Counted from the stretch's first letter, positions 1 to 15,500 are shown. The stretch is 64,000 bases of DNA from Tubiluchus corallicola (GCA_030141605.1 JAQGDQ010000050.1:693971-757970), one strand, 5' to 3'. Numbers and translations: made by a program. Notes: a model not told the origin generated them from the letters alone.

Positions 1-539
1 TCATGTAATGTAGTTTGCAGAAGTGTTTTTTGCAAGTATATCTACTATCTGCCATTACTCAAATTAAATACTGACATTTCTAATTCAAAATACCTATCTA
101 TTCGTTCCATAAATCACCAAACACTCCTTAACCACAGTATCATTTGAATATAATTGATGATTGTTTTTTTATCAAATTATTATCAAATGTGAATTTTTTA
201 CAATTTGAAATTGTTTAACTAATCATTATTACTGAGTCCAGCATTACGTTCAGAGTAAGAAAACATTTGAACCTAGCAAAACAATTTAACGTTTCCTAGT
301 GTAACAACGAAATTGCTTTCTAACCATTTTAAACATTTTGCATGGCATCGTTATGTTGTGGGTCAAAGCCATTAATTTCAGAGACTTTTATTTTTTATTA
401 ATTTTTTTATTTCTTCTATAATATAGATAGTTTTATTTCATTTAATTGAGACCCGTTTGTTTTCGACTACTTGCCTATTTTTGACAGTTTTTGTTAATTT
501 TTCGTTGAATAAGTAATACGTAGTTAATATTTTTCGCAG

Positions 540-3500
540 AAACGATTGCTCAGAATGGTACCAGATAAGAACTATGCATGCCCTACACCTGCTTGGCATG
601 AATCACTTAAAGTAATGAGCAGTACTTCATTCTTACAGTCTCTGCTAACATTTCCAAAGGTCAGTACAACTTTATTACTTAACAAGTTTAGCGAAAGTGC
701 ACAAAGAAGATGGTAAATCGTCAAAAACTTGTCAAACTGCAATTTGTTTTTTTATCATTTTTTTACATGCCTCGTTTTGCCTTTTACAATTCTTGTGCAA
801 TTAATTACACTATACATTTAGATAAACGTTTTTCTGTGAGATAGCCAACCACTTCTGTAAGATCATGTATGTAGAAGTAATATCGATTTTTATTGCATGT
901 TGAATTCTTATTTTATAACAGGTGACTCATTTGAATTGAAGAGCATTCACTATTTTACAGTAAAATTGAAAATGAGTTCTAATATGATTTGTTGAAACAG
1001 TTCAAACTAAGTGTGATATCAAAGAGTTAATGCCTTTGTATTTGTAATGGTGAGAGTTTTTTGTTCATTCCTTTGTATCAATTTAATGCATTTTTCACCT
1101 CTGCCAACAGATTTGTTTTGTAAAAATGCATTACAAGAAATTTGTATGGCTACTATTAATATTGTTTTGTATGTAGGACACCATTAACGAAGAGATGACA
1201 GAGTTAATGATGCCGTATCTGTCAATGCCAGATTACAACATTGCCACTGCGAAACGTGTGTGCGGTGATGTGGCTGGGTTGTGTTCTTGGACAAGAGCCA
1301 TGGTTTTCTTCTATTCCATCAATAAAGATGTACTACCTATGAAAGTAAGAACGCGCCTTCTTTCTACTTAATGACTGATGCCACTGGGACATGCCACCAT
1401 ATATGTAATTATAGACTCATCGAGAAGGCATTTCGTTACTGTGTATTTTTTGTTAGTTTAGACAGCCTAAAATGAAAGAGGCAAGAGAGTATATAGCAAC
1501 TACCAGATGCAAGTTAAATTGAATTTTCCATAATTCTATATGCTTATCTTGTCAATTACTAAAGTTTATGTAAAGACCCATTTATATTGGTGAATACATT
1601 AGACATGTTGCTTGTTGGCTTTAATTGGTACCATTCACCTGATGTAAGCTTGTATTTGCGTCAACTTTTATACAAATTTTTAACATTTTTAATTTGAAAA
1701 TGCCTTTTTCTCTCAGCTTCTAATCAGCTTTGGTCTTAGTGGGATTTTTGTTAGTCATTATTTGACTTTACTGCAAACCTTAAATTTTCTTTGAGATCAA
1801 ACACTTACTAAAATTTGTAGGATAACTTAGCAAAGCAAGAAGCAAGGCTCAGAAAAGCCAATGCTGATCTTGAAAAAGCGAGAATTGAATTGGAATCCAA
1901 ACAGCAAGAGCTTGATGAAGTAAAGGCTCAGTATGAAGCAGCATTGCTTGAGAAACAGGTATAATCAATAAAGTATTTATTAGTCAGTTTGTCAAAATGA
2001 TCACATTTCATTTCTTTTTTGTCTTGTAAAAAAAACTTCTAAGCCAGAGCTGAGCCTGGTTAAAAAGTGACTGATAAATAAATTTTATAGCAATTGTGAA
2101 ATTTTGTGTTTGAATGTAATATAACTACTAATCATTACCTGAATTTATCAGTGCAAACTTAGTATTTGCAAGTGTCTTACTGAATTTAGCTTCTGCAATA
2201 TGCTTTGAGTCTTGCACATTTTTGAGCACATTTCTAGTACATGATCATAACATATTGACAACAAATTGAGGCTAAACCGTGGTACATGCATTTTTTGTCA
2301 TTACCTTGCATACTGTGTTACTGTGCTTTGTATTGCTATTGTTATATGATATCTTTAATGTAAAATCTAGAATCTTGAGGAGGTGTGTAATATTGAAATG
2401 TTAGTTGTTTTTATCTGGTACATTTATTGCTGTTTAGTAATCCTTGTTGTGATTTGTTACTGTAGCAAGACAGGTATGTTCTTCTGCAAATATCCTGTCT
2501 TTATTTTCCAGACTCTGGTTGATGATGCAGAAAAGTGTAGAAAGAAAATAAACGATGCAAAAGCACTTATATTAGGATTGTCCGACGAAAAGAACAGATG
2601 GACAGAATCCAGTGGAACATTCCGGTAAGCACTATCGATTGTTGGAATTTTCCATTATTTTATGGATTTCTCCAAGACTGTACAAAAATTAAATATAATA
2701 GATGTTTTATAGTTACAAATTTTGAATGCATGTTTGAATGAATGAATTTTTGCTAGGAAACAACACACTATATGAACTGCTATACAGCAGCAACTGTTTC
2801 TGTGAGCACTGTTTTCTGAAAATATAATTAAAAAGGTTTTTTTGAAGCTGAAAGCTAATGTGCCTACACTGTGCCTACTTGGAAAATACAAGTGCCCTAG
2901 AAATTCTTAGAAAAATGCTCAGTATATAGATCACTAGGTGCACTTGCTAGTCAGTTGAGTCATAAAGTACTTGTCCTTATATCTTGGAATTCTGCTTGAT
3001 GAAAAGTAAGTTGATGTAATTTTAAGGACTACTGTGCTTCTTATTCCAGTGACAAAAGAGAAAAGCTCACAGGGGATGTTTTACTTGCTACTGGATTTTT
3101 ATCATATGCAGGACCTTTCAATCAGGAATTTCGTCAGCGGTTATTGACAAGTTGGAAAACTCGTATGGCAAACCATCACATTCATTATTCAGAGGTATAA
3201 TTACTCTACAAGAAAATAGAGCATTAATGATAAAGTAAATCAGTGAGGTATTATCATTTATAAGCTGTAGGTATGAAAGCTACATGTCATAAAAATGCAG
3301 TCTGTGGGTTTTTGTCCAATATTACAATTTGCTGTTATAATTGACATTTGTATTGTGAATAAACAAAGAACAAAAAGATGTTTCAACTTACATCTTATCT
3401 GTGCACAGCAACACACTTCACTTGTACAGTAACTGTTGTTAGGTTGGTTCAATGCTGTATAGAATATCTTGACCTATAGCAGGTTTGGATTAGAGTTAAT

Positions 3501-6500
3501 ATTCACCAGTGGTGCCAGGCACACTTAGCCACATGTATTATTCAATTAATCAATCAAAAATACCTTAACCTATTATATACCACTGTTTAGAAAATTCATG
3601 TATTAGAAGTGTGTCTCACCATTATACGTCAAAATTGTATCTTGCATTTTAGCCACTCAGAAGTGTAGATTTTTCCAATTTTGAACAATAAATTTTAGCA
3701 ACAAAACATTACGAAACGAAAATAATGCGAAATGTGTGGACAGAGCCAAGATTTGAGCTTGAGTCCTTTGTTCAAATCCAGGCCTGCTTCTGATTTTTCA
3801 CATTTCCATTTTCTTTGGCTTCAAAAATTTAAGACCAAATTGGTTTGATTGAGTCCACTGTTAGTTGGTATTCTTGAAATTGCAGCTGTCAATAACTAAT
3901 TGTAACCGTCAGTAATTACTTTGTTATTTCATTGTTTAAACTAATAATTGTTTTAGGACCTCAACATAATTGGTATGCTCGTTGACAAGGCAACAGTGAA
4001 TGAATGGACTGTTCAAGGTCTGCCAAATGATGACCATTCAGTTGAAAATGGGATCATGGTTACAAAAAGTGCAAGGTTGCTACTTTTGCAAATTGTTGTT
4101 TTTTCCTTTTCTGATGACATTTGTGTGGTAGACCAATGAACAGTTGATTAGCATCTTATATCAACCATGCATTTATTGCTATTAAAGAAATATTCATTTA
4201 CACACTGAAGAATACCTGTTATGAAGAGTTTTTAAGTCAGACAATGAGCTTGTTGGTCTGGGTGGGGAGGCTACCATATTACTCTGTCTAACCTGACTAT
4301 TGCGCATTTTTACATTACAATACTGCCTCTCTTAATTGAAGTGTGGTACTGTAAGAGCTCAATATCTCTGATGAAATTCACAGAGGTATCTCTAGAGGCT
4401 GAAACTAGTACTTCAGTCTTACTTCAAAAAAATTGTCTGAATATTAAAGGAAGACAGGATGATTTTTCATACACTACCCCATTTTCAAGTCTGAAAATAA
4501 TGCAAAAGCGTTAAATAAATGCTGATTCTGATAATTAAATAATAGATTAAAAACTTAATTAATGACAGGCGAGCCCAACTATTGATGACATCACAAACTA
4601 ACATAATTTTTAACAGCAAAAATATTCCACGAGCGTGTTGCACGTGTTTGCAAAAGCGAAAATTGAAGTACAGTGCTACTGAATGATATTCAGTGTGTTG
4701 AACTAAAACTAGGAAAGTTTTAAGACAAAAATTCAAATTTCACATTTATTGCTGTGCTAGTTTGTCACAAAATAACACATCTGAACTGAGAGGTACAGCA
4801 CCTGTTTTTTGTGCAATGCGTTATCGAAATGCAGGTGCTAGTGCCAGTCTAGCTAACGAATGGCAAAATGCATGCAACAGCAAAGAATTAGTGGCACAAA
4901 CGCGAAATTGTATTTGTATGGTAATAATTTTTTCGTGTAAATCATTTTTGAAAAAATAGTATCTTTCCTTTCAATATTTAAAGAGTAGATTGTTTTGACC
5001 TACTTTTTAGATTGGGTCCAGTTTTGCTTTAATAAACAACATCACGTTATTCTATAATCAACGGTACCAATCAACGATAATGTTTCTTTAAATGAGAGTA
5101 CTTGCAGAATATCCTTTATTTCCAAAAAAAATAAAAGCCGAGTAACAAACTTGTCGGCTTTTTTTTCAGATATCCACTGCTAATTGATCCTCAAGGTCAA
5201 GCAAAAAACTGGATTAAGAATAGAGATGCTAATCATCCCAATGGAGCTCTTATGGTGAGAATACAACAGCGTTGCAATTACTCAAGAAGTTTTCAATCAT
5301 TTTCTTGACAAAATGAACAAATAGTTCACACTGTATATGCTTTAGCGTCCCAACATTTGGCACTGTTTTCATTTTAAGCTTCTAATTTCCATTTACCATA
5401 ACCTACATTCTCTAATTGTATCAGAACATGTATATCAATAAACTTAGGTTTGACATAGCTTGTGTTTCAGTGTTGGATTCACATATGAAAATCATTCTGC
5501 TTTTGCCTTGTCAGAAATTATGGCCATATATTGATCGTATCAATTTTTTCCGTAATTACGTAAAGTAGAAAAATTGTCCTAGAAGTTGGGAATCTCAGTT
5601 TTATCAACAAAATTAACAAGTTATAAAGGTAGGATTTATAATATATTATTTGTAATTTATTATCCACTCTAGCATAATTTTTGCATTGTAATTTGTGTTT
5701 ATAATGTGTTTATTTATGCATTTATAATCAGGAAAAATCCAATATATAGTTACAATAATTGTAACAAAACTACATCAATATATTATTATGTGATTTAGTT
5801 AGGGAAAAAAATCCAAATATAATTACAATAATTGTAACAGAACTATATTATGGTTACTAAACTACATAATAGTTTATCAACCAGAAATATATGCTGCATG
5901 ACGATCGAGAAGCAAAGCTTGTGAAGTCGCCATGCAAAGTGGGAGAAAAATTTTCATTGAGTTACTACGAGTTTAGTTTCTTTTGGATGTTAACCAAGTC
6001 CTTTAGTACAAGCTCATTATTTGAGTTCACAGATCACTTACACTTTTCATACTCACTTGACTAACACGAGTTCCAATTTTGTTTTGTTGATATCAGGTCA
6101 TCAATACATTTCAATAAAATATATTTGGATAGTTGCCATATCCATTTTCTTTGTAATGATGACTTAACACGCGACGATTTTATTGTTATGATAAAGATGA
6201 GTGCATTATTGATCATTGCCAGTTTCAAGTAAAGTTGGTTAAGCAAACTTTTACAAACTATGGCCTATCACCATTATATTTTAAGCAAAGCACTGTATTG
6301 GTCTGTCTTTTAGACTAATTGTAAGAATCTATCATTGTGTTTTTGAATAAAGTATTTGAGTTAATGTTACTTGATGGTCTGTAATGATTTATACACCCTG
6401 ATCACTGCCCAAATTTTTGAAGTTACTAATTTCTCATAAACGGGCATGTAAAGCTGATCTCAATACCCCTCCCCCTGTGTTCTCTTGAGTTCTATTTTAA

Positions 6501-9500
6501 CATTCGATATCAGTGAAACGTTGCAAAATGCGGAAAGCAGGTTGTTGTATTTTCTGTGCTTTATTCCACAGCTCACCACACTGAATCATCGATTTTTCCG
6601 TCAACATTTGGAAGACGCCATGTTTCAAGGACGTCCCATACTGGTAGAAAACCTTGGTGAAGAGCTGGATCCTGTCATGGACAACATCTTAGAGAAACAG
6701 TTTTATAAAGCAGGAATTTTTTACAAGGTTTGCTTTCTCAATAATTGGTTTCAGTCAGAACTTAACCAAATTTGGATGACATCATGAATCTATTATTGCC
6801 AATAGATTCTCACTTTCCCATATAGGGGTCATTTTCCCATATTCATTCAAAAACTGTGAAGTGCTGAGTTACTAATTCTGCTGGTTGTTTGTGTCATTAA
6901 ACCATTAGGTCAAGTTTGGAGACAAAGAAGTGGATGTAATGGATGGCTTCCATCTGTACTTACAAACTAGTTTAGCCAATCCAACGTATACCCCAGAAGT
7001 GAGTGCACGAACAACCGTCATAGACTTTACTGTCACTATGAAGGGTTTAGAAGATCAGCTTCTGGGTGTTGTCATCCAAACAGAAAAACAGGTGAAGTGC
7101 ACATGCGTTTCCTTAAGTGAGACTGCATATATAAGGCTAAGCTTAGTTGCGATAGTATGGCAATCACATACTACATTATATTACTGCAAGAAAACTGTGA
7201 CAGTTGACTTGTTTCATTAATTACACATTTTTACCAAAGCATATATGTTAATGGATGTTACAGTTCTTAAAGAAGAATTGTATTTTAGGAATTGGAAGCT
7301 GAAAGAAATGAATTATTGCTTGAAATCGCAGCAAATCGGAGGCGAATGCAAGAATTGGAGGACTCTTTGTTACACCGGTGAGTTGTGCTGCTGGCACACA
7401 GCTATAAAACCAATACATAGACAATAATTATGGTTTCAAGTACTTGCATATGAGCCTGATGTGGACTGTATTTTTTATAATAAAGCAAGCAGCACATATG
7501 AGGACAGATAGAGACCTATAAAGATCCTAACCTGAACTTTTTTGAGAAAATTGTTTAGTTGCAAGCTGATGTTCTCTTCCTAGTACTCATTTTATGCCTT
7601 CTATTGCCTGACCGATGTAACAGAAGAATAGCCATTTAGCTGCTTAGCTACTTCACATACTCATACAAAAGATATTGATTATTATAGCTAGTGATTTCAT
7701 TTCACTTTGTTTCAAGTATTTATTTTGTTTTTCTTAAGGCTAGCAACAGTAGAGGGCTCTCTAGTTGATGATGATACTGTGATGAATACTTTGAAAGATA
7801 CTAAACAAATGGCTGAAGCTGTCCAAGCCAAACTTAACATTGCTGCACAGACTGAAGCTAAAATTAATTCAGCCAGGGAAGAATATCGAGCTGGTATATT
7901 CATTTTTGCTTCACATATATAGTACACATTACTTTTTTGTTTTAAAATGTATACTTTTTACCGTAATTCAAAATAGGGGTAGATCCTGTTTTCCTTTGAA
8001 GAGCCTTCTTTGCAAGTTTCATAATTTTCTATGTATTACAGTTTTGGAGTTTTTCAATGCTACGACTTGAACCAACCTATCTACTGTGTGTTCTTGACCC
8101 TTTGACCAAGGGCATTGTTCGCCATACCTTCATTTATGCCCCTATCCCAAATGTATACCCTGCAGGTTTCGTGACTTTCTCTCTCTGCATCTAAGAGACA
8201 AAATAGTTTGCCCTAATTTTTGCATTTTGGTTCCTGTTTGGTTCCAGCACCTTAAAGAATCCCAGCTTTTGAGAAGCCCATGTGCACATCTGTCCCACAA
8301 TACCTAAATACTTATGAAAATTGCATCTGAGAGAGAAAACAGTTTGCCCTAATTTTCGCACTTTGGTTCCCGTCTGTGGCCCTTAACTCCTTTCCGACAG
8401 GTACATACATTTACCTATCATCTGTGATGGGTAAAAACAAGCTTTATTAACTAAACTTGCCACTCTCCGGGTTTAATGAAATTTGGAAAAGAAATAGCTA
8501 CCATACAAGAAAATTAGGTAAGAAGAAAAAAAGCTATGTTATTTTCTTTGTTTTCAGCCTTTGAAAAAGTTTTTCGCAAACTAGTGGATGAAAATTCTGC
8601 TTTGTGCTTATACAGCAACTCAGCCTAGCAGCGACGTTGATCTGCCTTGCCACTCATTAACTCAGGCTATTATTAGCACACCAAAGTAACTTTTATTGTC
8701 ATCTGGGTGTGTGTTCACAGAATGTGACAGCAGCAAGAGCTGTCCACTGTCTTGCCCATGTGAGCTGGACTCTGAAGAGACGTGATATTGTTTTGCTTCT
8801 GAATTTGCAAAATACTTTTGAATATAAGAAAATGAAAACAATATTAACAGTGTTTTTGGGTATTTATTTAAAATTTGGTGCAATTTCATAGTTTCATTTA
8901 TCACTTGGGCAGTAATCAGATCTAAACATTAAATTTACAGTGCTAGAAAGAAAATTTAATTCTCTTTTGAAAAATATAAGGTTTGCACTAGTATCTCATG
9001 CCTGTAGGCCGTTATGGGCAGTTTTATTCGGAGATGTCAAAACTACACAAATATTCGTCGCCGTGAAGGAGTTAAAGAATCCCAGCTTTCTAAAAGCCCT
9101 TGTGCACATCTGTCCCACAATACCTAAAAACTTTTGAACATTCAACGCCCTAGGAGGAGTTGATTGAAAACAGGAAAACTGGTCAGTGTCCTGTGTCCTT
9201 GACTCTTTAACTGAAGTCACCATTCACCATACGTTTTGGACCATATCCCTTTGCTTATTTACATTTGTGAGTTAACATTGTGGATGTCTAGATAAACTTA
9301 ATGCTTAACATAATGATGAAAAAATCAGCTTATGGGTTCTCTTAGATCTGTGCAGCTTGTGCTTGTAGATAGAAACGTATTCTCTCTAAGACATTGAAAA
9401 AATTTATGTAACTTCTTATAGAAGTAGTCAAAATAATAAGAAAAGCTAATAAGAAAAATTGTGATGGCTTTCTGTATTATCCAAATACGAAATTGTCCAT

Positions 9501-12500
9501 ATATAATTGGCCATCTTTGCTGATATAGCCATCCAAGAGTAAAAATTAGGAAATACTCAGATCACTGTTTAGTATTGTTGGAGATACATGTTATGTATTC
9601 TATAAACTTTTGCTCGTTCATAACTAAATTGATTTAAAATTTACTGCATTTTCAGTTGCATCACGAGGGAGCATTCTATACTTCCTCATCGTAGAAATGA
9701 GCATGGTTAACATCATGTACCAAACTTCGCTTCGTCAATTTATGGTGTTGTTTTATGAGTCAATGGCACGGTCAAGTGCAACAAGTGTGGCTGCAAAGCG
9801 GATTCTCAACATCATAGACTACATGACATACAGAGTAATTACAATAACGCTTAAATAATTTAACCATTTGATATCAGTTACTTGTGAAATAGAATCCTAG
9901 AATGATTCTCCAAGTATTGTTCCTGATTTAAGTATCAGGTCAATGGCAAGGTCAAGTGCAACAAGTGTGGCTGCAAAGCGGATTCTCAACATCATAGACT
10001 ACATGACATACAGAGTAATTACAATAACGCTTAAATAATTTAACCATTTGATATCAGTTACTTGTGAAATAGAATCCTAGAATGATTCTCCAAGTATTGT
10101 TCCTGATTTAAGTATCAGGTCAATGGCAAGGTCAAGTGCAACAAGTGTGGCTGCAAAGCGGATTCTCAACATCATAGACTACATGACATACAGAGTAATT
10201 ACAATAACGCTTAAATAATTTAACCATTTGATATCACAGTTACTTGTGAAATAGAATGCTAGAATGATTCTCCAAATATTGTTCCTGATTTAAGTATATG
10301 TAAGCTATAGGTTTGTATCTGTAGTGTAAAGGATAAGGAGTAGTGGATTCATACTTTCATTAGCCTATCTAGTATTGGCCCTATTAGGATATGAAATGGG
10401 CAGTGCTGTCATTGTGCCTTGGTAACGGCAAATTAGCAAATTTGTAAGATCCCTTTGAAGTTTTAGTTCTTCCTTTGAATGTGGCAACTAATAGTAGTTC
10501 TTCGAAATGAATGACTATAAGAAAAAAACAGAAAAAGACCCTTTAAATTATTATTTTTACAGTGCTGTGATGCTGAGCCTTTCACAAGAATAAGCACACC
10601 ATTTACAAAATTTTTACTAAAACCTGAGCTCCATTGTGGAGTGAAATTACTGCAGTGGTACTGCTGAGTAAAACAATCTTTGCAATGCATAATCTGCGCA
10701 TCACCATTCAATTGTGAAAAAAACTGAAGTTTTTTCTTTTCTTTTTTACAGGTGTTCAAATATATCTCGCAAAGTTTGTACGAGACGGATAAATTTTTAT
10801 TTACTTTGTTACTTGCAGTCAAGATTGACATGCACGCTAAGCGTATCACTGAAGACGAGTTTCAATGCTTCATCAAAGGCATGTACCACTTGTCATATTT
10901 ATTATTTTCATATATCCTCTTCCATTGGAAATCTAAATTATGCAGATATTTGTGTTCGAATAAAAGCCATGTCTTTGCTTAAGTTGTGCTGACTGTTATT
11001 TTCATTTTGAGAATTCGCTTTCCCCATTACCAGTCAGTTTCTAAATTATCATTTTCCATGTGATGGATTAGAATGATTGGAAATACTTGTTTCTTTAATA
11101 AACTCAATGCAGTGACTGAATGTGCACTGGGCACTCAACTTTGAGCTATGCATATTTCTTGTTAGTGCAACATTAATTTTTAAAACAAATATTACACAGT
11201 TTTTCCTTCTCACCATTTTAAGTGTGCATGGGTGCTCACCTGAGAAGCTCTTTGCCTTTTAGCATTCTCATTTCTCATTCAAACCATTCTACCTTGAGAA
11301 ACCAAATTTGGCACATGTATATCTACTATACTAGAAAGTATAAAAGTTATCTTATGTTGACCACTTATCATTACTTTAGCTTTATATTGTGATGTATCAG
11401 AAAATTTTTGCTCTTTACCTACTTTCGGAATTTTTAATCTATGACAGTTGCATTTAATTGATGTGCGTGTGCGGTATGACACAGCTCTTCACACTGTGCC
11501 ATCCCATGATTTGATATAATAATGAAGAAATTGATGCCCTATTGACTGAGAAGAATAAAGTATTTCAGCCTTTGTTACCCAGTGTATGTCAACAAACCAA
11601 AAATTGCTTATCAATCTGTAAAAATACTAGAAATGTTCTCTAAATAAAATTAATTATTGACAGCTTGCAAACTCATGGAAATTACAAACATTTGCAGATG
11701 TAACTTCTAAATTATATAATAAGATTTCTTTTATACCATTATCTTAATGAACTTATGTTGGAACCATTTCCTCCAAAAAAAACTTCCTCTTCAGAGTGTC
11801 AGTTGAAAAGAGACCTAATGTTTGTGAGTGCCAACCAAAATATTGTTAATTTGGATACAATTGAATTTTATTACAATGTTTATGTTGCTATTTATATTAA
11901 GTCTTTGAGTCTCGGGACCGGCTAATAGGTCTTGGCAAGAAGCCATTTTGGTGGATAGTTGTTTCTCTGCTCTCTCTGATATTTCTGCAGGAGTGAATTA
12001 AGGAAGGTTTTGTGCTTGTATCCTAATTTTACTTAATCGTTTTTATTGCAAAAATACATCTGCACAAAGATATTAGGGAAATAGCAGGTATTTTGTACAT
12101 ATTAACCAAGACAACTAATGTACTGAGTGCAATAGTGCTGACAAATATACTGCCATTACTTGCCAATAACTATGGTTTGTAGCACACATTGAGGCTGGCT
12201 TATATCCATTTTCTGCAGCAACCATAGATATGGCTTCCTTTTTCTAGCCAACAGAGAATCTTATAACATAAACGTCATTTTCTTCAGGTGGTGCAGCTCT
12301 GGATTTAAAGTCAGTTGAGCCAAAGCCAAAGAAGTGGATTGCAGACATGACTTGGCTAAACTTAGTACAACTCAGTCAGCTGGAAATATTTTCTCAAATA
12401 TTAAAGCAGGTATTTTGACTATTGTACATAAACTTAATTATCAGCAGAACCATATTAATAGTAGCAGTTGCAGTGCCATACACTGATGGAAGCCAGTATA

Positions 12501-15500
12501 GCTTCTAGTCATAGTTTTCCAAAATCAACTTTTCAACCCATGTCCTAGGCTTCTAGCGTATGTTATCAGTGTTTAGTTTGTATCGTGTTTAATACTGGTG
12601 TAATTTAAGTGGCACATACTGTACTGACAAATGCAGGTAACTCCATCAAATATACAGAAAGCAATGTCGTGTTGCCACTTTTGACTATTGGACACTGAAT
12701 TAGCAGCAGCAGCAACAGCAGCAACACCAACACCCTTGAACTAAACCATGTATCAAAAAGTGTGGGGGAGCTGGCTCCGGATAATCTGGTTGCCTGGATA
12801 AAAAGACATATTTCATAGGTGTCTTACAGAATATGTAAAATGCCCGAATAATTGCACGCGAATGCTGCAAATAAACTTTGAGCAAATACAAAATTTATTG
12901 GACTGATAAAAAAACTACAGTCCATTTCTTTGCTAATTCTATTTTTACTTTATTGCGATGTTAGACACTTTTTATTGTCTGGTACACAATTGATAAGCAC
13001 TTTGTTAGTCATTGATGCGCCACTAGAAATGGTATGGGTACTTTAACAATGGGCACACCCTTTGTTCTAAAAAATGAAAATTGAGCAGTGAAACTTGTCT
13101 CCTTGTCCCACCTATGTTTAATCCATGGCAACAGTATCTGCAGTGTGACAAACATTGCAAGCAAGATCCAATGCTCTGACCACTGGTGTAGCTGGGTTAG
13201 GATTACATGCCACCAGTATATGCTTTACCAACAGAAATTTACTAAACTGTTATACCGCAACATAGGTGTTAGACCCATAAGAAGCACATTTTAGTGTTCT
13301 ACAATTAACCAATTAATTTATTTAAAAATGCTTTGAGCTATTATACCATGTAGTAGACGCTTTTTGTATCACTGTAATACTACGAAATTGTATCTTGCAT
13401 TTTAGCCAGTCAGATGTGTAGATTTTTTCCTAATATTAGGCAAATATTTTATTGCTAGGTAACAAGAAATGATAAATCGTGGAAGGCTTGGTATGATGAA
13501 GATGCCCCAGAGGAATGCACAATTCCGGATGGTTATTCTAACTCTCTTGATTCGTTTCGAAAGCTGTTACTGATCAGAAGTTGGAGTCCAGACCGCACTA
13601 TTGCTCAAGCCCGCAACTACATCAGCAGAGCAATTGGTCCAAAGGTACTGTCATCCTCACTGTTCATTAAACTAGTTCATTTATGATACTTCATTCCCTA
13701 TATATATGTGGAATTCGTTAGTCTTTGTCTTTAAATATTAATTAATGGTTAAGATTGACATTGCATACCAAAAGCATGGAAAGTGGTAATTAACGTATAT
13801 TCGAGGATAAGGGGACTAATAGTGAGAATTACTCTTACAATTATATACAGTCTAACCAATCTTTACTGAAAAGAGTAACAAATTATTGTACAAAACTGCA
13901 AGTTGTCATTGTTTATACCTGTTAATGTCCTTTAGTGGTGTTGGAAGTTATGTCTATTTTATCACAAAGCTTTAACCATATTAACAGAATGTATCTAAGA
14001 GAGACAGCTCCAATTTTGAGAAGTGTAGGCTGTTTAAGCTTATTTGAGGACTAGTTTACTAAAACCCATTGCAAGAACCGATCAGGAAAACTGGCTTAAG
14101 AAGAAAGTTCAAAAGTTAGGAAAACTCTTCAAGGGTACTGCAACCTTGAATCCAGACTTCAAACACAGGACCTCCTATTCAACAAGATGTTTGTAGTTAT
14201 GTAAAATATGGAAAAGCCGAGATGGACAAACCTCTAATTTGTCTAATTGAGGCACGGCAGAACCTTTCATTTTACAATCGAGTTAAACCGGATGAAACGC
14301 AGAAATAAAAAATTACTGGCCGACCCAATATAAGTTAAACCAGATGCAGCACCGAATCAGATCGAACGTAACATTTTTTGTTAAAGCCATGTTGAAAAAA
14401 TATACATTGGTTTTCGAGGGGATTTTTACCTTTTGATCTTAACCCCATAGCTAAGAGCTATTGCTAACATGAAATGTAGATGACAATATGTGAAAATTTT
14501 TGTGGAAGAGAAAAGATTTCCTCTAGACGACAACATGAAGCAAAAATTTTTGCATACAAAAAGATAAGCTCGCTGTCCACAAATTTAAAAGGCAGAATGT
14601 TGAATGTAGCTACGTAGTACGGCTGTGCTACATCTTTCAACCTTGCACCTTTATTGTAGGTTATCACATAATATCACTGCATGGCTGCTGCAAGAAATTC
14701 TAGATACTTAATATGACCAATAATTTTAAAGTTTTTAAGTAAGATTTTCTTTCATGAGTTAGGCTTATTTTAACTATAACTCTAGTTAATTAACAAACCG
14801 TGTCTGCTAAACTTCGGACGAGCTGCGGGTTGAACAGCAATTTGGCATTTCAACTCTGCTTGATCCGGCAAATCGAACGGTTTGACCCATCGCTATATAA
14901 AAGCTAATTTGAAGTCTAATTACAGAAGTTCTTTCAAGGTACAATTACAAAAATTTGTACATTACTGTCCTTAAGCAAGGCTGTAGTTAATGGTACTAAT
15001 TTTCTGTATGTTGCAGTTCGTAGAAAGTCAGTTTATGAATTTAGAACATTTACTGGAAGAGTCTACCTATTCTACTCCATTACTCTGCTTACTGTCTCAA
15101 GGTTCTGATCCATCAGAGTCTATCGAGAAGTTGGCTAAAAGAATTGGTTGTGGTAAGCAGTCCCTTTTTATTGAATGCCTAACAAATATAGAAATAGTCT
15201 AACAAATATAGTAATCTGTGATACAGCTTGTCATAATTTATTATTATTGAATTTTCTGGCATTTGTTTCTAGCATGTGATGCGATATCTATGGGTCAGGG
15301 TCAAGAGGTCCACGCCAGACGTCTGCTAGCAAATGCAATCGAAAAAGGTGGATGGATATTGCTGCAAAACTGCCACCTTGGCCTGGAATTCATGGTAGAA
15401 CTTCTGGAGAGTGTATGTTTAGCAGAAACTACTTTGCTGTTTCAGTTTTTAACTTTTTACCTTGTTTTACTCTGTGGGTAGATAGTATTTGTTCACATTT

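Noticed and set aside
9759-10297. CRISPR-like array
   Set aside because: Whole units repeat with no unique spacers, the context is eukaryotic and there are no cas genes.
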